A program made the translations under genes and the position numbers. The notes below the pieces were generated by a model. The model did no database searches. It worked only from the letters and a program-made list of their open reading frames with translations, and was not told the origin of the DNA. Shown here in pieces: positions 1 through 11,575 of a stretch of DNA of 64,000 nucleotides. Source of the stretch: Felis catus (Eukaryota); contig NC_058368.1 in assembly GCF_018350175.1 (NCBI RefSeq), forward strand, positions 80,786,001 to 80,850,000, written 5' to 3'. Position 1 is the stretch's first letter. Each line of letters begins with the position of its first letter.

Positions 1-639
1 ACTTTGATTCTGACCTCTGTTAGGTCTCGCATCTCTCCAGACAGAGCACATTCGTCATCACTCTCTGCCAGTGGCAATACCACACATTTTGACGTCACAC
101 TACAGTCAGGATGTGCAGGTGAGTTCTGCTTTGGGAATGTCAAAAAAGAAAAAGCGTGTAGCTGGTGTTCTCTTTATTGTGTTCCTGGGTGAAATTTTGT
201 GCAAAAGAGCATCTGGCACAGATGGAAGTGCTTTTATTCGTTCACTCACTCCTCTGAACAGGTGCATCTTCCATGGTGCCTTGCGTCATGATCCAGGAAG
301 CTTCCAAAGCTGGTCAGAAATGAGTGGCCATAAACTTCCCGAACTTCCTCCTTGTATATGTGCCATCGCTCCACACAAACGCACTTGACACCAGTGTATA
401 TGTTGAAAGTTGTCGTGTGTACCCTCATTCTAACAAACTGTTGCTTATCAGAAAAAGCAGCATAGATGTCTGGAATGACAAAAATAAGGTTTAGGTAGCT
501 CACTTAAAAATGATACAACTTCCTGAGTTTAACATTCAAGGACATCGTCAGTCTGACCTTGAGGTTTCTCTCCCTCTCTCCCTTTCTTGCTGTTTGCCGA
601 CCAGCTCCTTATGCACACACGTGCCCTGCGTGAGCCCCA

Positions 640-1290
640 CCTCCTCTGCTCTTTCCCTCCTCTGGTTCACAGTGTTGTTGGAGGATGTTCATCCATCCGG
701 GCACTGGTGACTCCCGAGACGGACACCGAGCCAGACACCTCTCGAGGCCCAGAACCTACGTCCTGCTAGGCACCTCTGCTTGGGAGTTTTCCCGGCACTC
801 AGACCTGACGTAGGAGAGCTGTCCTCGTCCTCTGTCTCCCACCCTGGTCGTTTCCATCTGATGGTGTCTTTTCGTCACCTCTCCCGTCCCGTGGCGTCAC
901 GTTGCCCTTGATTCCACCAGCTTTGCCCTCCCCTCCCACAGCCCACATCTTTGTGTCTCTCAATCAGATGCCGCATCAGCCCTGCGCTAGCTCCTCATCA
1001 CAGTCAACCCTGTCAGCCACTGGTCTCCCCGCAAGACCCTCCTCTTTCCAGTTTCTTCTTCGTGGCTCTGTTGGCCCCCAGTTGTGTGCAGGAAGAAGCC
1101 AGTGGATGAAGACCCTTCACTCAGACGCCATGCCACTCCTGGGCTTGCCTCCCTCGCCTCACCCAGGTGCTCTCTTCACTCCAGCTGTGCACTTTGACCC
1201 TGTGTCCCCCCCGACCCTGCCCTTTCAAGGCTCTGCACTTTTCATGTGCCTTTTTGGGGGGCTGGAATACCCCTTTATTCTTTCTATTTT
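640..1290 (+). mobile_element. Highly diverged LINE-2 fragment
   Basis: Pyrimidine-rich segment with L2-like motifs in the expected order (ggtgactccc ... actggtctcccc ... tcaaggctctgcactt ... gctggaatacccc). Recognised from memory of the consensus; ends approximate. Confidence 0.5.
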
Positions 1291-1689
1291 AGCAAACTCT
1301 TACTCGTGGGAAGTGCATTGTGCACTGCAGTTTGTCAGAGGGTGAATTTTATTTAATTACAAGGTGAGTTTGGGTTAGTTTCGTAACTTTTCCAAGCCCA
1401 TTGCCGCCTCTGGAAGGAGACGGTGGTAACAGTACGCAGATGGGTTCTCATCATGTGCATTGACGCCTACGTTCCAGGCAGGAGTTGTGCCAGCCCTTGT
1501 TCTTGAGGGACTCAAGTTAGTGGGAGGGAGATGCAGATTAAAAAGAGATAAAACATCTGTAGTGTGAGAGGACCTGTGGCAGAGGTGTGAATAGATTCTA
1601 AGGAAGCCCATCTTGTGGGGTTGGGATAGGTTGCATCGGTGGGATATTTGGTTTCATGGAGGAACTCAAAGCGCAGTTACAGTAGCTGG

Positions 1690-1750
1690 CAGGTTTTGAA
1701 CATTCCCAGGTTTTGAACATTCCCAGGTTTTGAACATTCCCAGGTTTTGA
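1690..1750. repeat. Perfect 17-bp tandem repeat (caggttttgaacattcc) x3.6
   Basis: Identical units at 1690, 1707 and 1724, plus a partial unit at 1741. Confidence 0.97.
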
Positions 1751-2198
1751 CCTGTGCTGAGTGTTTGACAGGCATAATCTCATTGATGCCCACAAAAATG
1801 CTCTGAGGTTGACACCGTTATTGCTCTAGACTTGGAGTAGGGTTGGGAGGGGTGGGTGTTCTCCAAGAAAGTCACAGCTTGGCTAAGACCTGAAAGCTGA
1901 CTTGGAAGGTCCTAGAGTGGTCAGGACAGCACCTTGTGACAGGTTGTGCTGAGCACTGGACAGAAGTGAGAGACTTGGAGCACCTGCTTGAGAATGAGAT
2001 GAACTCCTTGTGCAGCCCTTGGAGAGCACGGGTGGAAGATAGCAAGAAATGCTATCAGGACAGTAAGCAAGAAGTGATAATGAAGGACCTTGTCTATCAC
2101 TTTGAGAAGTTTTTACTTCATGAGCAGTGAGGAGCCACTGTAAGAAAAGATAAGACTTCTCTTTAGGTGGTGCACAGTGACTGTGGTATGACTATCAT

Positions 2199-2430
2199 AT
2201 GGAAGGATTGGTGGATGGGTAGGGGGATGTGTAGATAGGGAGATGGATGTGTGGGTGGGTGGATAGGTGAATGGACTGAGGGATAGGTAGATTGATGGAA
2301 AAGTGTATGGGCGGGTGGATGTATGGGTGGGTGGTTGGATGGGTGGACAGATCGTGGATAGATGGATGGGTGTGTGGATAGGTGGGTGGATGGATGGGTG
2401 GGTGACAGATGGATGATAGATGGATGGGGG
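2199..2430. repeat. Degenerate (TGGA/TGGG)n simple repeat
   Basis: Runs of ggatgggtggatggat; it produces the His/Pro-rich spurious ORFs. Confidence 0.92.
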
Positions 2431-2825
2431 AATAGTGTAGAGAGACAGGTCCTAAAGGTGTGGTGATGAGACACTGGAAAGCAGGGGGCCGAGACTCTCC
2501 AGGAGCTGAAGCATCAGTCCCCTGGCTCAAGCCTCTTTTATTTTTGCAAATTGATGACAGCAAGCACGTGCAACATAGTATTTGGCATCTTGACAGGTCT
2601 TGCACCTGCAGCGTATTCCATACTGACTGGGTCATGAGTACATCTGGCCCCAGACAAAACGTTCTTATCCCCAGGCCTGGCACCCGTATGACGTCCTTCT
2701 GGAGAGAACGAGCAGTCCTGGTGGTCTTCTGTCCTGGGAATGAAGCTGCTTTCAGTTTCTTGCTGCTCTGTCCCTTTCTTTCAGGACATTCTTTTGGTGC
2801 CTCCGGCTTCTTGTTCTCCAACAGA

Positions 2826-2945
2826 ATAGATGGATGGAGGGATGGGTGGGTGGGTGGATAGGCTGGTGGATGGATGGAGGGAGGGGTGGGTGTGTAGAAG
2901 GGTGGGTGGATGGGTGGATGGGTGAATGCATACTTGGATGGAGGG
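2826..2945. repeat. Degenerate (TGGA/TGGG)n simple repeat
   Basis: gatggatggagggatgggtgggtgggtgga... Confidence 0.9.
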
Positions 2946-3723
2946 ACAGTGAGGTGGGGTATGGTGCTTCCAGGATGGAGGAGAAGATTAGTGAGGAGTC
3001 TTCTGCGGAATCAGATAAGGTATGTTGGTGATCTGATGTGGGCAAACAGTTGGGATGGGGAAAAGGGATATTTGGGAATGTTTAGGAACCAAAATTGACA
3101 GGATGTGGTGATTGGCTGAGTGTGGGGGAGACCGAGTGATGGAGGCAGAGTCAGGAGCAGCTTCCTCAGCCAGGGAGGGCATGAGGAGTGAGAATATGAG
3201 ACAATGTGTAACAAGCCCTGTGGACACCAGTGTGGAGGTGGGAGGTGGCAGGAGCAGCCAGAACTGAAGAGACACATGAAGTGTGAAATGCTGTTGGGAG
3301 CCGGGCTTGATCTGCAGAGAGGCTGCTGGCTGTAACAGCAAGGGGACTGTTGGTGACTCTAGCCATGACTTTTGTGAGACATCTAATGTTTGTGGCAGGG
3401 AGTTAACAGCTTGGAGTTCTCCCTTTTTCTTAAATGCTCAGGCATTGTGGCCTCATTTTCCATGCTGGGGCTCCTCCCCTAACTCCTAGTACACGATGTC
3501 TGCTGATCACCATGTGGACTAGGGTGTGAGCTTGGCGTCACTTCCTGTCCGGTGGCAGGGGAGCTGTGGTGGTGTCCTTTGTGCCTTCTCTCTGTTTGCC
3601 TGGAAGTCTTTATTTGATCTTTTCCAGGGATCCCAGAGGAGATGTTATAAGTATACCATTGCTTTTTTTTTTTTTTTTAAAACATAATCCTAGATTCTAA
3701 AAGTTCTTGTTTTAAAGATGACA

Positions 3724-4744
3724 GTATGGTACTGGCACAAAAGCAGACATGTAGATCAGTGGAAGAGAATAGACAACCCAGAAATGGACCCACAAACATA
3801 TGGCCAACTAATCTTTGACAAAGCAGGAAAGAGTATCCAATGGGAAAAAGATAGTCTCTTTCAGTAAATGGTGCTGCAAAAACTGGACAGTGGCATGTAG
3901 AATAAAACTGGACCACTTTCTTACACCAGACACAAAAATAAATTCAAAATGGTGAAAGACCTAGATGTGAGACAGGAAATCATCAAAATCCTACAGGAGA
4001 AAACAGGCAGCAACCTTTTTGACTTTGGCCATAACAACTTCTTATTAGACTCATCTCCAGAGGCAAGGGAAACAAAAACAAAAGCAAAAACGAACTGTTG
4101 GGGCCTCATCAAGATAAAAAGTTTCTGCACAGAAGAGGAAACAATCAACAAAACTACAAGGCAACTGATGGAATGGGAGAAGATATTTGGAAATGACATA
4201 TTGCATGAGGGGTTAGTATCCAAAATCTATAAAGAACGTCTCAAACTCAACACCCCAAAAACAAGTCCAGTTAAGAAATGGGCAGAAGACATGAACAGAA
4301 CTTTTCCAAAGAAGACATCCAGATAGCTAACCGACACATGAAAAGAGGCTCAACATCACTCATCATCAGGGAAATACAAATTAAAACCACAATGAGATAC
4401 CACCTCACACCTGTCAGAATGGTGAAAATTAACAACTNNNNNNNNNNNNNNNNNNNNNNNNNNNNNNNNNNNNNNNNNNNNNNNNNNNNNNNNNNNNNNN
4501 NNNNNNNNNNNNNNNNNNNNNNNNNNNNNNNNNNNNNNNNNNNNNNNNNNNNNNNNNNNNNNNNNNNNNNNNNNNNNNNNNNNNAATTACACTACTAGGT
4601 ATTTATCCAAATGATTAAAAAATGCTGATTTGAAGGGGCACATGCACCCCAATGTTTAGAGCAGTGCTATCCACAATAGCCAAATTATGGAAAGAGCCCA
4701 AATGTCCATTGACTGACTAATGGATAAAGAAGATATGGTGTGTG

Positions 4745-4780
<36 letters not shown>

Positions 4781-5164
4781 AATATTACTCGGTGATTAAA
4801 AAGAATGAAATCTTGCTATTTGCAACAACATGGATAGAGCTAGAGTGTCAGAGAAAGATAAATATCATACGATTTTACTCGTGGAATTGAAGAAACAAAA
4901 TGAGGGGAAGGGAAGGAAAAATAAGATAAAAACAGAGAGGGAGGTGAACCATGAGAGATTCTTGAATACAGAGAACAAACTGAGGGTTGCTGGAAGGGAG
5001 GTGGATGGGGGGATGGGCTAAATGGGTGATGGGTACTAAGGAGGTCACTTGTTGGGATGAGTGCTGGGTGTTATATGTAAGTGATGAATCACTGGGTTCT
5101 ACTCTGGAAACCAATATGTTAGCTAACTTGAATTTAAATGAATAAATTTAAAAAAGAAAAAAAA
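3724..5164 (+). mobile_element. 5'-truncated carnivore LINE-1 (ORF2 C-terminal remnant, 3'UTR, A-rich tail); contains an N gap and (CA)n
   Basis: Translations match the L1 ORF2 C-terminus ([40 protein letters not shown]; LIKIKSFCT) with frameshifts. TSD taaagatgaca at 3713-3723 and 5165-5175; TT/AAAG target site. Confidence 0.96.
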
Positions 5165-5613
5165 TAAAGATGACAATTTGCCTTCCTCCCATTAATTTTC
5201 TTTTCAAAATCTGGGATTTGAGCAGGAAAAATGCCACTTCTCTAGGACTGCAAACACAAGGATCTGTATTACTAGAAGAAAGAGTGCACAGGTTAGGTTA
5301 TTCAGGAACCAGTTGACCTTGGGGTGGGACTATGGTGAGCATTTAAACAAGCATTCACGTTCTGTCTTCAGTCTTCTTCATTTTTTCTTTACATTCTTGT
5401 GTCTTCAACTACAACTTGTACCTTAGTTCACCCTGAAACCTTTACTACTGGACTTCCTTCTTTGCTATGCTTAGATCTGTATTCCTACTGCCTGCTGGCT
5501 GTTCAGCAGAATGTTCCGAAACCTGCAGTCTGAGCTGAGTGTGACTTAACTTCATTCTTTGATGCTCTGATTCCTCCGAAGCCTGCTCTTGCAACACGAA
5601 TAGAGGGAGACCA

Positions 5614-5632
5614 CGGTGCCACCTGCTGGAGG
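5614..5632 (-). promoter_or_regulatory. Candidate CTCF binding site
   Basis: Reverse strand reads cctCCAGCAGGTGGCACCg, an exact fit to the CTCF core CCASYAGRKGGCRS. Motif only; occupancy unknown. Confidence 0.6.
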
Positions 5633-5654
5633 TGGTTGCTTTCTAGGTAGGGGT

Positions 5655-5828
5655 GGCTCAAAGGTCAAGGGCTAGGCCATCCTGGCTCAGACACTGACCA
5701 GCTCCGAGACTGGGCAGACCTTGTCTCCCTCATGTTCCAAAGGTGAGAACTGCAGGCCGCCTCCGTAGGGCTGCTGAGCAGATGGTAAGGTGAGTACGTG
5801 AGGGGTCACTGAATGCTTGGTGCAGTCA
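5655..5828 (+). mobile_element. MIR (diverged)
   Basis: atcctggctcagacactgaccagct...tgggcaga...gcctccgtagggctgctgagc follows the MIR layout. Confidence 0.55.
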
Positions 5829-6289
5829 GCCCAGAATGAAGGCTACATGCTGTTGACATCTGTGTGGACGGTCTGTGCAGGCACCTGTGCAGGTGTGTTT
5901 GGGACACCTGCAGATGTTAGGTTAGTCAGTTGAACCAATGACTTCAGTGAACTCGACACCATGAGAGGTGGTTTGCAGAAAATGACAACGCTTACCTGCA
6001 GTCCCCGGTGCCTCTCACGTAATAACCTGTCCGCGGTCTTGTGATTCCAAGCCTGTTTGCCCCTGACACGTGGTGGGCTCTGTGGGCTGTTGCTGCAAGC
6101 GGAGTGGAAGAGGCTCTGTCCTGGGCTGAGCCGTAGCTCTGAGAGGGCCGCCGAACTGTTGGCCAAAGTCACCATAGCGTGCGTCCATCCCCCTCTCCTG
6201 TCCTGTGTCCCTAAGGTGGCAGGGCCCTAACCTGGTGTGTGCGACGCGCACTACCCCCACCCATGGCGTCCTGCTCTATGGGATGTGAA

Positions 6290-6480
6290 CCAGCAGCCTC
6301 AACTTAACCCAATTACAAGTCATTAGAGGCAATTCTGGTCACCTCCTAACTTTGGATTAGCATCACGAGCCTATATTAATTGCCAATTATGAACAAATTC
6401 CCCATTTATTCATATTTCTCTAAATTATACATCCCCTGTTGGTGACAAGTTGTTGAGAAAAGTGTTCCCTCTACACATTT
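6290..6480. promoter_or_regulatory. Candidate conserved non-coding element (homeodomain-motif-rich island)
   Basis: Repeat-free AT-rich island in GC-rich flanks with clustered TAAT/ATTA (ccaattac, tcattag, ggattag, tattaattgccaattatg). Conservation not tested. Confidence 0.4.
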
Positions 6481-7874
6481 TGTTTTCCCCTTTCTTCCCC
6501 TTCCTACCTAGGGAAGGGCCGTTGGTTGGATTTCTGATTCTTTCCATGTGCTTAGAAGTCATGCAGTTCTGTCTGAAGCGCTGACGTGTAGCGAGAGGTT
6601 GCTGGGAGAGATGCTTAGCTTGGGCTTAGGTTCTGTCAGCAAAGGGTGTTTTCTGGGTCTCCCTGCACGTGGCACAAGGCTCCACCGGGGTGAGAGCTGG
6701 ATTTCCTGAGACGCTTACTCTCCTACCTCCACCTGAGAGGTCCGCTGCCCCCCTTCATCGGGCACAGTGAGCGTGTCGGCGGACAGCGGAGATGTGGGCA
6801 TTGAGTCTGCTGGGCAGCGTGGCCTTGCTTTTCTTTCCCTCCAGCTGCTGTAGGAGGAACCAGTCGAGTACCCAAAGCTCAATCTCCAAGACTTGACAGA
6901 CCTGGTGGTGGCACCTTTTTTCGAGCAGGGGTCAGAGTGGAGCCAGGGTGGTTTCTCCCTCCCCTCCTCCTTCAGGAGCCCCCGACGGGCAGTAGCACGG
7001 ATTCCAGGCTGCTGGGCTCCTCTGCAGTCCGGCGGCTCTTCGAGTGTGGCAGGCAGACAGTTGATGGAAGGGGTTAAGGAAGCAGGAGGTGGGAAGAGGG
7101 ACTGGTCTTCAAATCCCCAGTGCCTGAGGTTGATGTCTGCAGCCCGCCACTGTCCTGGGGCACACAGAATGAGCCTGGAGGAGACCACTGCCCTGGGGCA
7201 CACAGGATAAGCATGGAGGAGAGTGGGCAGAGGAGCATCGGGGACACGGAAACAGAGAGTCATCAGTTCTTGTTGCCGAGGAGCCCCGGATCGGAGGTGC
7301 TGGGAAATCTCACAGCTCGTAGAAGTCAAACACCCTTCCATTGTGTTCAAACACCAACACCTGGCAGCCACCCCTAGACCTGGACACCCTCCTTCTGCTT
7401 GTGTTCTTGAAGCTGGGGTGCCGCAGGGCATGGTCTGCCATAGTCCCCCTCCCTACCAGCGACTCAGAAGGCCCAGCCCCTTCGTGACCCACAGCTAGTG
7501 CGATCCGCTGCCTGGCTGATGATGCCACTTGGATGTTTGTGGACATCCTGATTCCTCTTGTCCAAAAAGAATGCCTGATTTCCTCCCCAGACCTGCCCCT
7601 GCAGTTAAACCTGACTGAGTCTCTGTCCTTCCGGTTACTCAGGCTCAGACCCACGCTCGCCTGAGTCCTGGCTGGCTCGCGCTAAAGAAGTCTTTAGTCT
7701 GTCTGCCTCCACCTCCACCATTGCCGCCACCCTGCCCTCAGCCACTCTTCTGTCTTCTTCCTTGCCTCTTCCTCCTGGGGTCTTTATTAATCCCCAAACT
7801 GGAGGGATCCACCTGCCACGCCACTCAGGTCAGGGTCCTCCCTCCTGCTTCACTGAGAGCAGATACGGAAACTC

Positions 7875-8135
7875 AGCCAGCCCAGGCAGCTGTAACACCC
7901 AGAGACTGGGGAGGCCCATAACCCCTGATATTTACCTTTCACATTTTTCCTCTGAAGCCGGAGGTCAGAGGCCGGGTGTGGGCAATTGGGTTCCCTCTGA
8001 GGCCATGCAGGGGAATCTGTCCGTCTCCCCAGATGGGGTTTTCTGGCCATCTCTGGCACTCCTTGGCTTGTAGACGCAGCACCTATCTCTCTGCCTCCAC
8101 CTTCGCATGGGGTTCTCTTCTTTGTATCTGTGTCA
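7875..8135 (-). mobile_element. MLT1-family (MaLR) solo LTR fragment
   Basis: ggttccctctgaggcc...ggggaatctgt...ctctggcactccttggcttgtagacgcagcacc...tctgcctccaccttcgcatgg is typical antisense MLT1. Confidence 0.8.
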
Positions 8136-8139
8136 CACA

Positions 8140-8530
8140 TTATGGTATCGAAATCAACACACTTACTTTGATTTGACAATACGACCTGGTACACAGTGCA
8201 TATTCAGAAGTTGTCAGTTGTCCCATCATGCCTTCTGTGGATCTTTCTGTTCCTTCTCAGAATCCTCTCCATAGATCTGAAATAGTGCTTTAAACTTTTC
8301 TTGTCTGTCTTGATATTTTTGAAGACTACCTCAGTTTGGGTTTGTCTGATGTTTCCTAATGATTAGATTCCAGTTCTGCATTTTGGGCAGCGGGACAACA
8401 GAGTGCTGGGTCCTTCTCGGTACATCATTCTCAGGAGGCACAGAACGTCCGTTTGCTCCAGTGTTGGGGATGATGGCTTTGATGGACTGGTTAGGGTGGG
8501 AACTGCCAGGTGTCTCCCTGTGAACTTTTG
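8140..8530 (-). mobile_element. Old L1 (L1MC-like) 3' end
   Basis: cctcagtttgggtttgtctgatgtttcctaatgattagattc...aggaggcaca...ttgatggactggttagggtgg matches the antisense L1MC4/5-type 3'UTR. Confidence 0.7.
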
Positions 8531-8836
8531 CCCCCCATGGAGCACTAGACCGTGAGGTGACTTAGGTCTGCATTGGACACTGGTGGGAAGAGGTGATGTC
8601 AGCACTAATGCCGGGGAGCCCCTCTCTCCTGATGTCCCGTACCTGTGTCACCCTTCATTACTGAAAACTCGGGGCCCGGGGACAAGGGGACATGCAGCTG
8701 AAAATGAGGTGGGCAAAGGGCAAAGCCATTCTCGGAGCTCCATCTGCAAAGCACCGTTTTAGGGTTCATCGCTGGCACAAGTCAGCCCGAGTTTTGATCC
8801 GGCCTGTGACACGTACGGTCACATAGACATGTTAGG

Positions 8837-8970
8837 CTGTGTGTGCATGCGCACGTGTGTGTGTGAGTGTGCAGGTGCACGTGTGCATGAATCTGTGTGC
8901 GTGTGTGTACGAGTCTGTATATATGTGTGTGAGTGTGTATGTGCACACGCGTGCACGAGTGTGTGTGCAC
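8837..8970. repeat. Degenerate (TG/CA)n purine-pyrimidine alternating tract
   Basis: tgtgtgtgcatgcgcacgtgtgtgtgtgagtgtgc... Confidence 0.9.
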
Positions 8971-9289
8971 ACTTGTCTTTCCCAGATCCTTCATTACGAT
9001 GGTTTCACAAAGTCCAAGAAGTTAGTGATGTTGGAGGTGGAAGCAGGCTAGCCGGGGAAACTCGGTGGTTTGTTTCCCCACAGCCCTTTGCATACCTGTC
9101 TCCACATCTGGGTCTTTGGTACCTTTTCCTTATCGCCCTGGTCCCTCCCCCAGCTGGCCTCGCTGGGCCTCATCCAGGGTACATGCTCCCTCTGACAGTC
9201 TCTTGACTTGCTGGTCCCTCCGGTCCCTGGTAAGTCTGCCCTGGGTTTGTGTTTGGAGGCCACGGGAATAAGTTAATAGTGCCTTTTGA

Positions 9290-9970
9290 ATTTTAATTTT
9301 TTAATTGTGGTAAAGTACACATAACAGAAAGTTTGCCATTTTAACCATTTTCAGGTTCGGTGGCATTAAGTACATTCCCAGTGTTGTGAAAGCATCACCA
9401 CCATCCGTCTCCAGAAATTTTTTTCCACCTCCTCCAACATTGCTAATCCCCTTTCCCCCTCCCTGGCTCTTGAGTACGTTCAGTCTCTGTGAACTTCACT
9501 AAGACCCTCGCGTAAGCGGAATCACAGTATTTATTCTGTGTCTGGCTTCTCTCACTCAGCATAATGTCTTCCAGGCTCATCTGTGTTGTAACACAGGTCA
9601 GGATTTCCTTCCTCGTAAACGCTCAGTAGTACTGCGCTGTATACACGTTGTGTCCATCCGTTCGTCAATCAACACCTTCCGTTTCCAGCTCTGGCTGCTG
9701 TGCACAGGGTGCTGTGAACACGGGCACACAGATATCCGTTCAGGCTCCTGCTTTCGGTTCACTTTGGGATATTCTCAGAATTTGAATGGTGGGATCATTG
9801 GGTAGATCATTTGGTAGTAGATCATTGGGTGATCCCAATGTCTCCACATCCTTGTCAGCTATTTTCTGTGTGCTTGATAGGAGAGTAGCCTTCCTAATGG
9901 GTGTGGAGTGGGGTCTCATGTGGTTTTGATTTGTGTTTACCTAATGATTAGTGATACCTTTTCATGTGCA
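9290..9970 (-). mobile_element. L1MB/L1MA-type 3' end
   Basis: ttttaattgtggtaaagtacacataac...ttaaccatttt...gtggcattaagtacattc...tctcatgtggttttgatttg is typical antisense L1M. Confidence 0.88.
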
Positions 9971-10054
9971 CACCCCGTTTTTAAGAATATAAATTTGCAT
10001 TTTTTTGGCGGGTGGGGGTATGTAGAACCTTTCTCATATATACAATCACTGTTT

Positions 10055-10267
10055 AAATTTTTTTTTAATGTTTATTTATTTCTGAGCGAAAGAAAGAGAG
10101 CGTGAGCAGGGGAGGGGCAGAGAGAGAGGGAGACCAAGAATCCGAAGCAGGCTCCAGGCTCCGAGCAGTCAGCACAGAACCCGATGCAGGGCTTGAACTC
10201 ACAAACCATGAGATCATGATCTGAGCCGAAGTCGGACCCTTAACTGACTGAGTCACACAGGCGCCCC
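10055..10267 (-). mobile_element. Can-SINE (SINEC_Fc-type)
   Basis: Antisense ggggcgcctg head, (ct)n region and A tail; imperfect TSD atacaatcactgttt / atacagtcagttgttt. Confidence 0.95.
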
Positions 10268-10297
10268 AATACAGTCAGTTGTTTTAAAAGTAACTGT

Positions 10298-10502
10298 GGG
10301 GGGCGCCTGGGTGGCTCTACTGATTAGACATCTGACTTTTGCTCAGGTCGTGATCTCACGGTTCATGAGATTGAGCCCCGTGTGAGATTGAGCTCTCAGC
10401 GCAGAACCCGCTTTGGATCCTCTGTCTCTGCCCCCCTGCCCCTCTCCTGCCTGTGCTTTCTGTCTCCCTCTGTCTCTCTCAAAATAAGCAGATAAACTTG
10501 CA
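10298..10502 (+). mobile_element. Can-SINE (SINEC_Fc-type)
   Basis: ggggcgcctgggtggctc head; TSD aaaagtaactg / aaaagtgactg. Confidence 0.93.
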
Positions 10503-11339
10503 AAAAGTGACTGCAAATGCACAGCTGTGTGTGGAGGTGGCCTGCTGGAGACTTCTCCCTTCCACCTGCTCATCCCTCCCCTTCCTTAAATCTGGAGAAA
10601 AAAAAGGTCCCCGAGTACCGCCCGCCAGACTCCTCTGCCCCACGCCTGATCTCTTTGCTTGAGGCCAGGTCACGAGCCCACGAAGGATGTGGCCCCAGGA
10701 ACCGGCAGCCCTCTGCCAGCATTCCCGTGGTCATGTGCCAGTAGATACGAAGCCTGATCTGCAACCCAATCCCAGTGAGGCTGGAGAACCGATTCTTTAA
10801 GGGAGCAAAGGGTAGAACATCTCTATCCTGCTAAAATGGGTATAAAAGTTAAAAATAAGAACCCAGATAAAACAATACAAAATGTGAAAGGAACTAAATA
10901 AAAATGAGTGAAAAATAGAATGTCAGCTGGGCGAGGACAAAAATAAAGTGACGGAGGAAACATTCTGAGTAAATAGTGCTGATCATCACCAGAAAGACGT
11001 TGAGTTAGAGATAACTGAAGCAGCAGCGTGCATTTTAATCTTTGAAAGTGTAGAGCAGGTGCTGGCAAAGTTTACTCTGGGAGAGAAGACGTCGCTACTT
11101 TGTTAGCCGAACTTTGTGGGTCCGTGCGCTCAGATTCACAGGGTCTGAAGTAGGTTGCTGGTATATTTAGCCTTTCTGTGTAGGTGACATCATTCCTGTA
11201 AGGCCCCCCATCCCGCAAACCAACTTTCTGCCAGTAATTCCTGATAGAGGGCGAAGGTGAGGGCGCTTGGCTGAAGCCCTGGCTTGTCATCTGGCTGACG
11301 TTCATGTGGGCATATGCCCAGCACAGGTGCCTTCCTTGA

Positions 11340-11575
11340 AGGGAGCAGACTCTGTATCCAGAAAATGTGGGCTGAAATCCAGGTTCTCCATTCACTGTAA
11401 ATGCAACAGTGTGTAAAACATTTAGCCCTGCTAAACTTTAGGATTGTAATCCACAAACTGAAAGTAGTGCTTTATGGGACATTGCTAAGATTATATGCAA
11501 TAAATAATATACATCACGTGGCTCAGTCCTGGGAACTGAGTACATGGCACTCAATAAATGGTTGTTCCTACTCTT
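11340..11575 (+). mobile_element. MIR
   Basis: gctgaaatccaggttctcca...ggcactcaataaatggttgttcctact (MIR 3' end). Confidence 0.6.

Larger units (their letters stand above)
1860..3300 (-). mobile_element. Fragmented LINE-2, interrupted by (TGGA)n tracts and other sequence
   Basis: Purine-rich L2-antisense motifs at ~1865-2150 (ggctaagacctgaaag, gaggagccactg) and ~2980-3300 (gacaggatgtggtgattggctgagtgtggggg). Confidence 0.5.

Noticed and set aside
2163-3045. His/Pro-rich and Trp/Gly-rich ORFs
   Set aside because: Translations of (TGGA)n simple repeats.
3949-4598. ORFs with real protein similarity
   Set aside because: Frameshifted fragments of L1 ORF2 in a 5'-truncated element, not a gene.
6715-7431. 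Longest ORF (238 aa, minus strand)
   Set aside because: No recognisable domain; composition is typical of random GC-rich DNA; no supporting gene structure.
9199-9229. Possible 31-nt micro-exon ending in gtaagt
   Set aside because: Weak acceptor, frame-shifting, no other support.
10298-10380. tRNA-like A/B boxes in SINE heads
   Set aside because: Can-SINEs are tRNA-derived; there is no complete cloverleaf, so none is called a tRNA gene.
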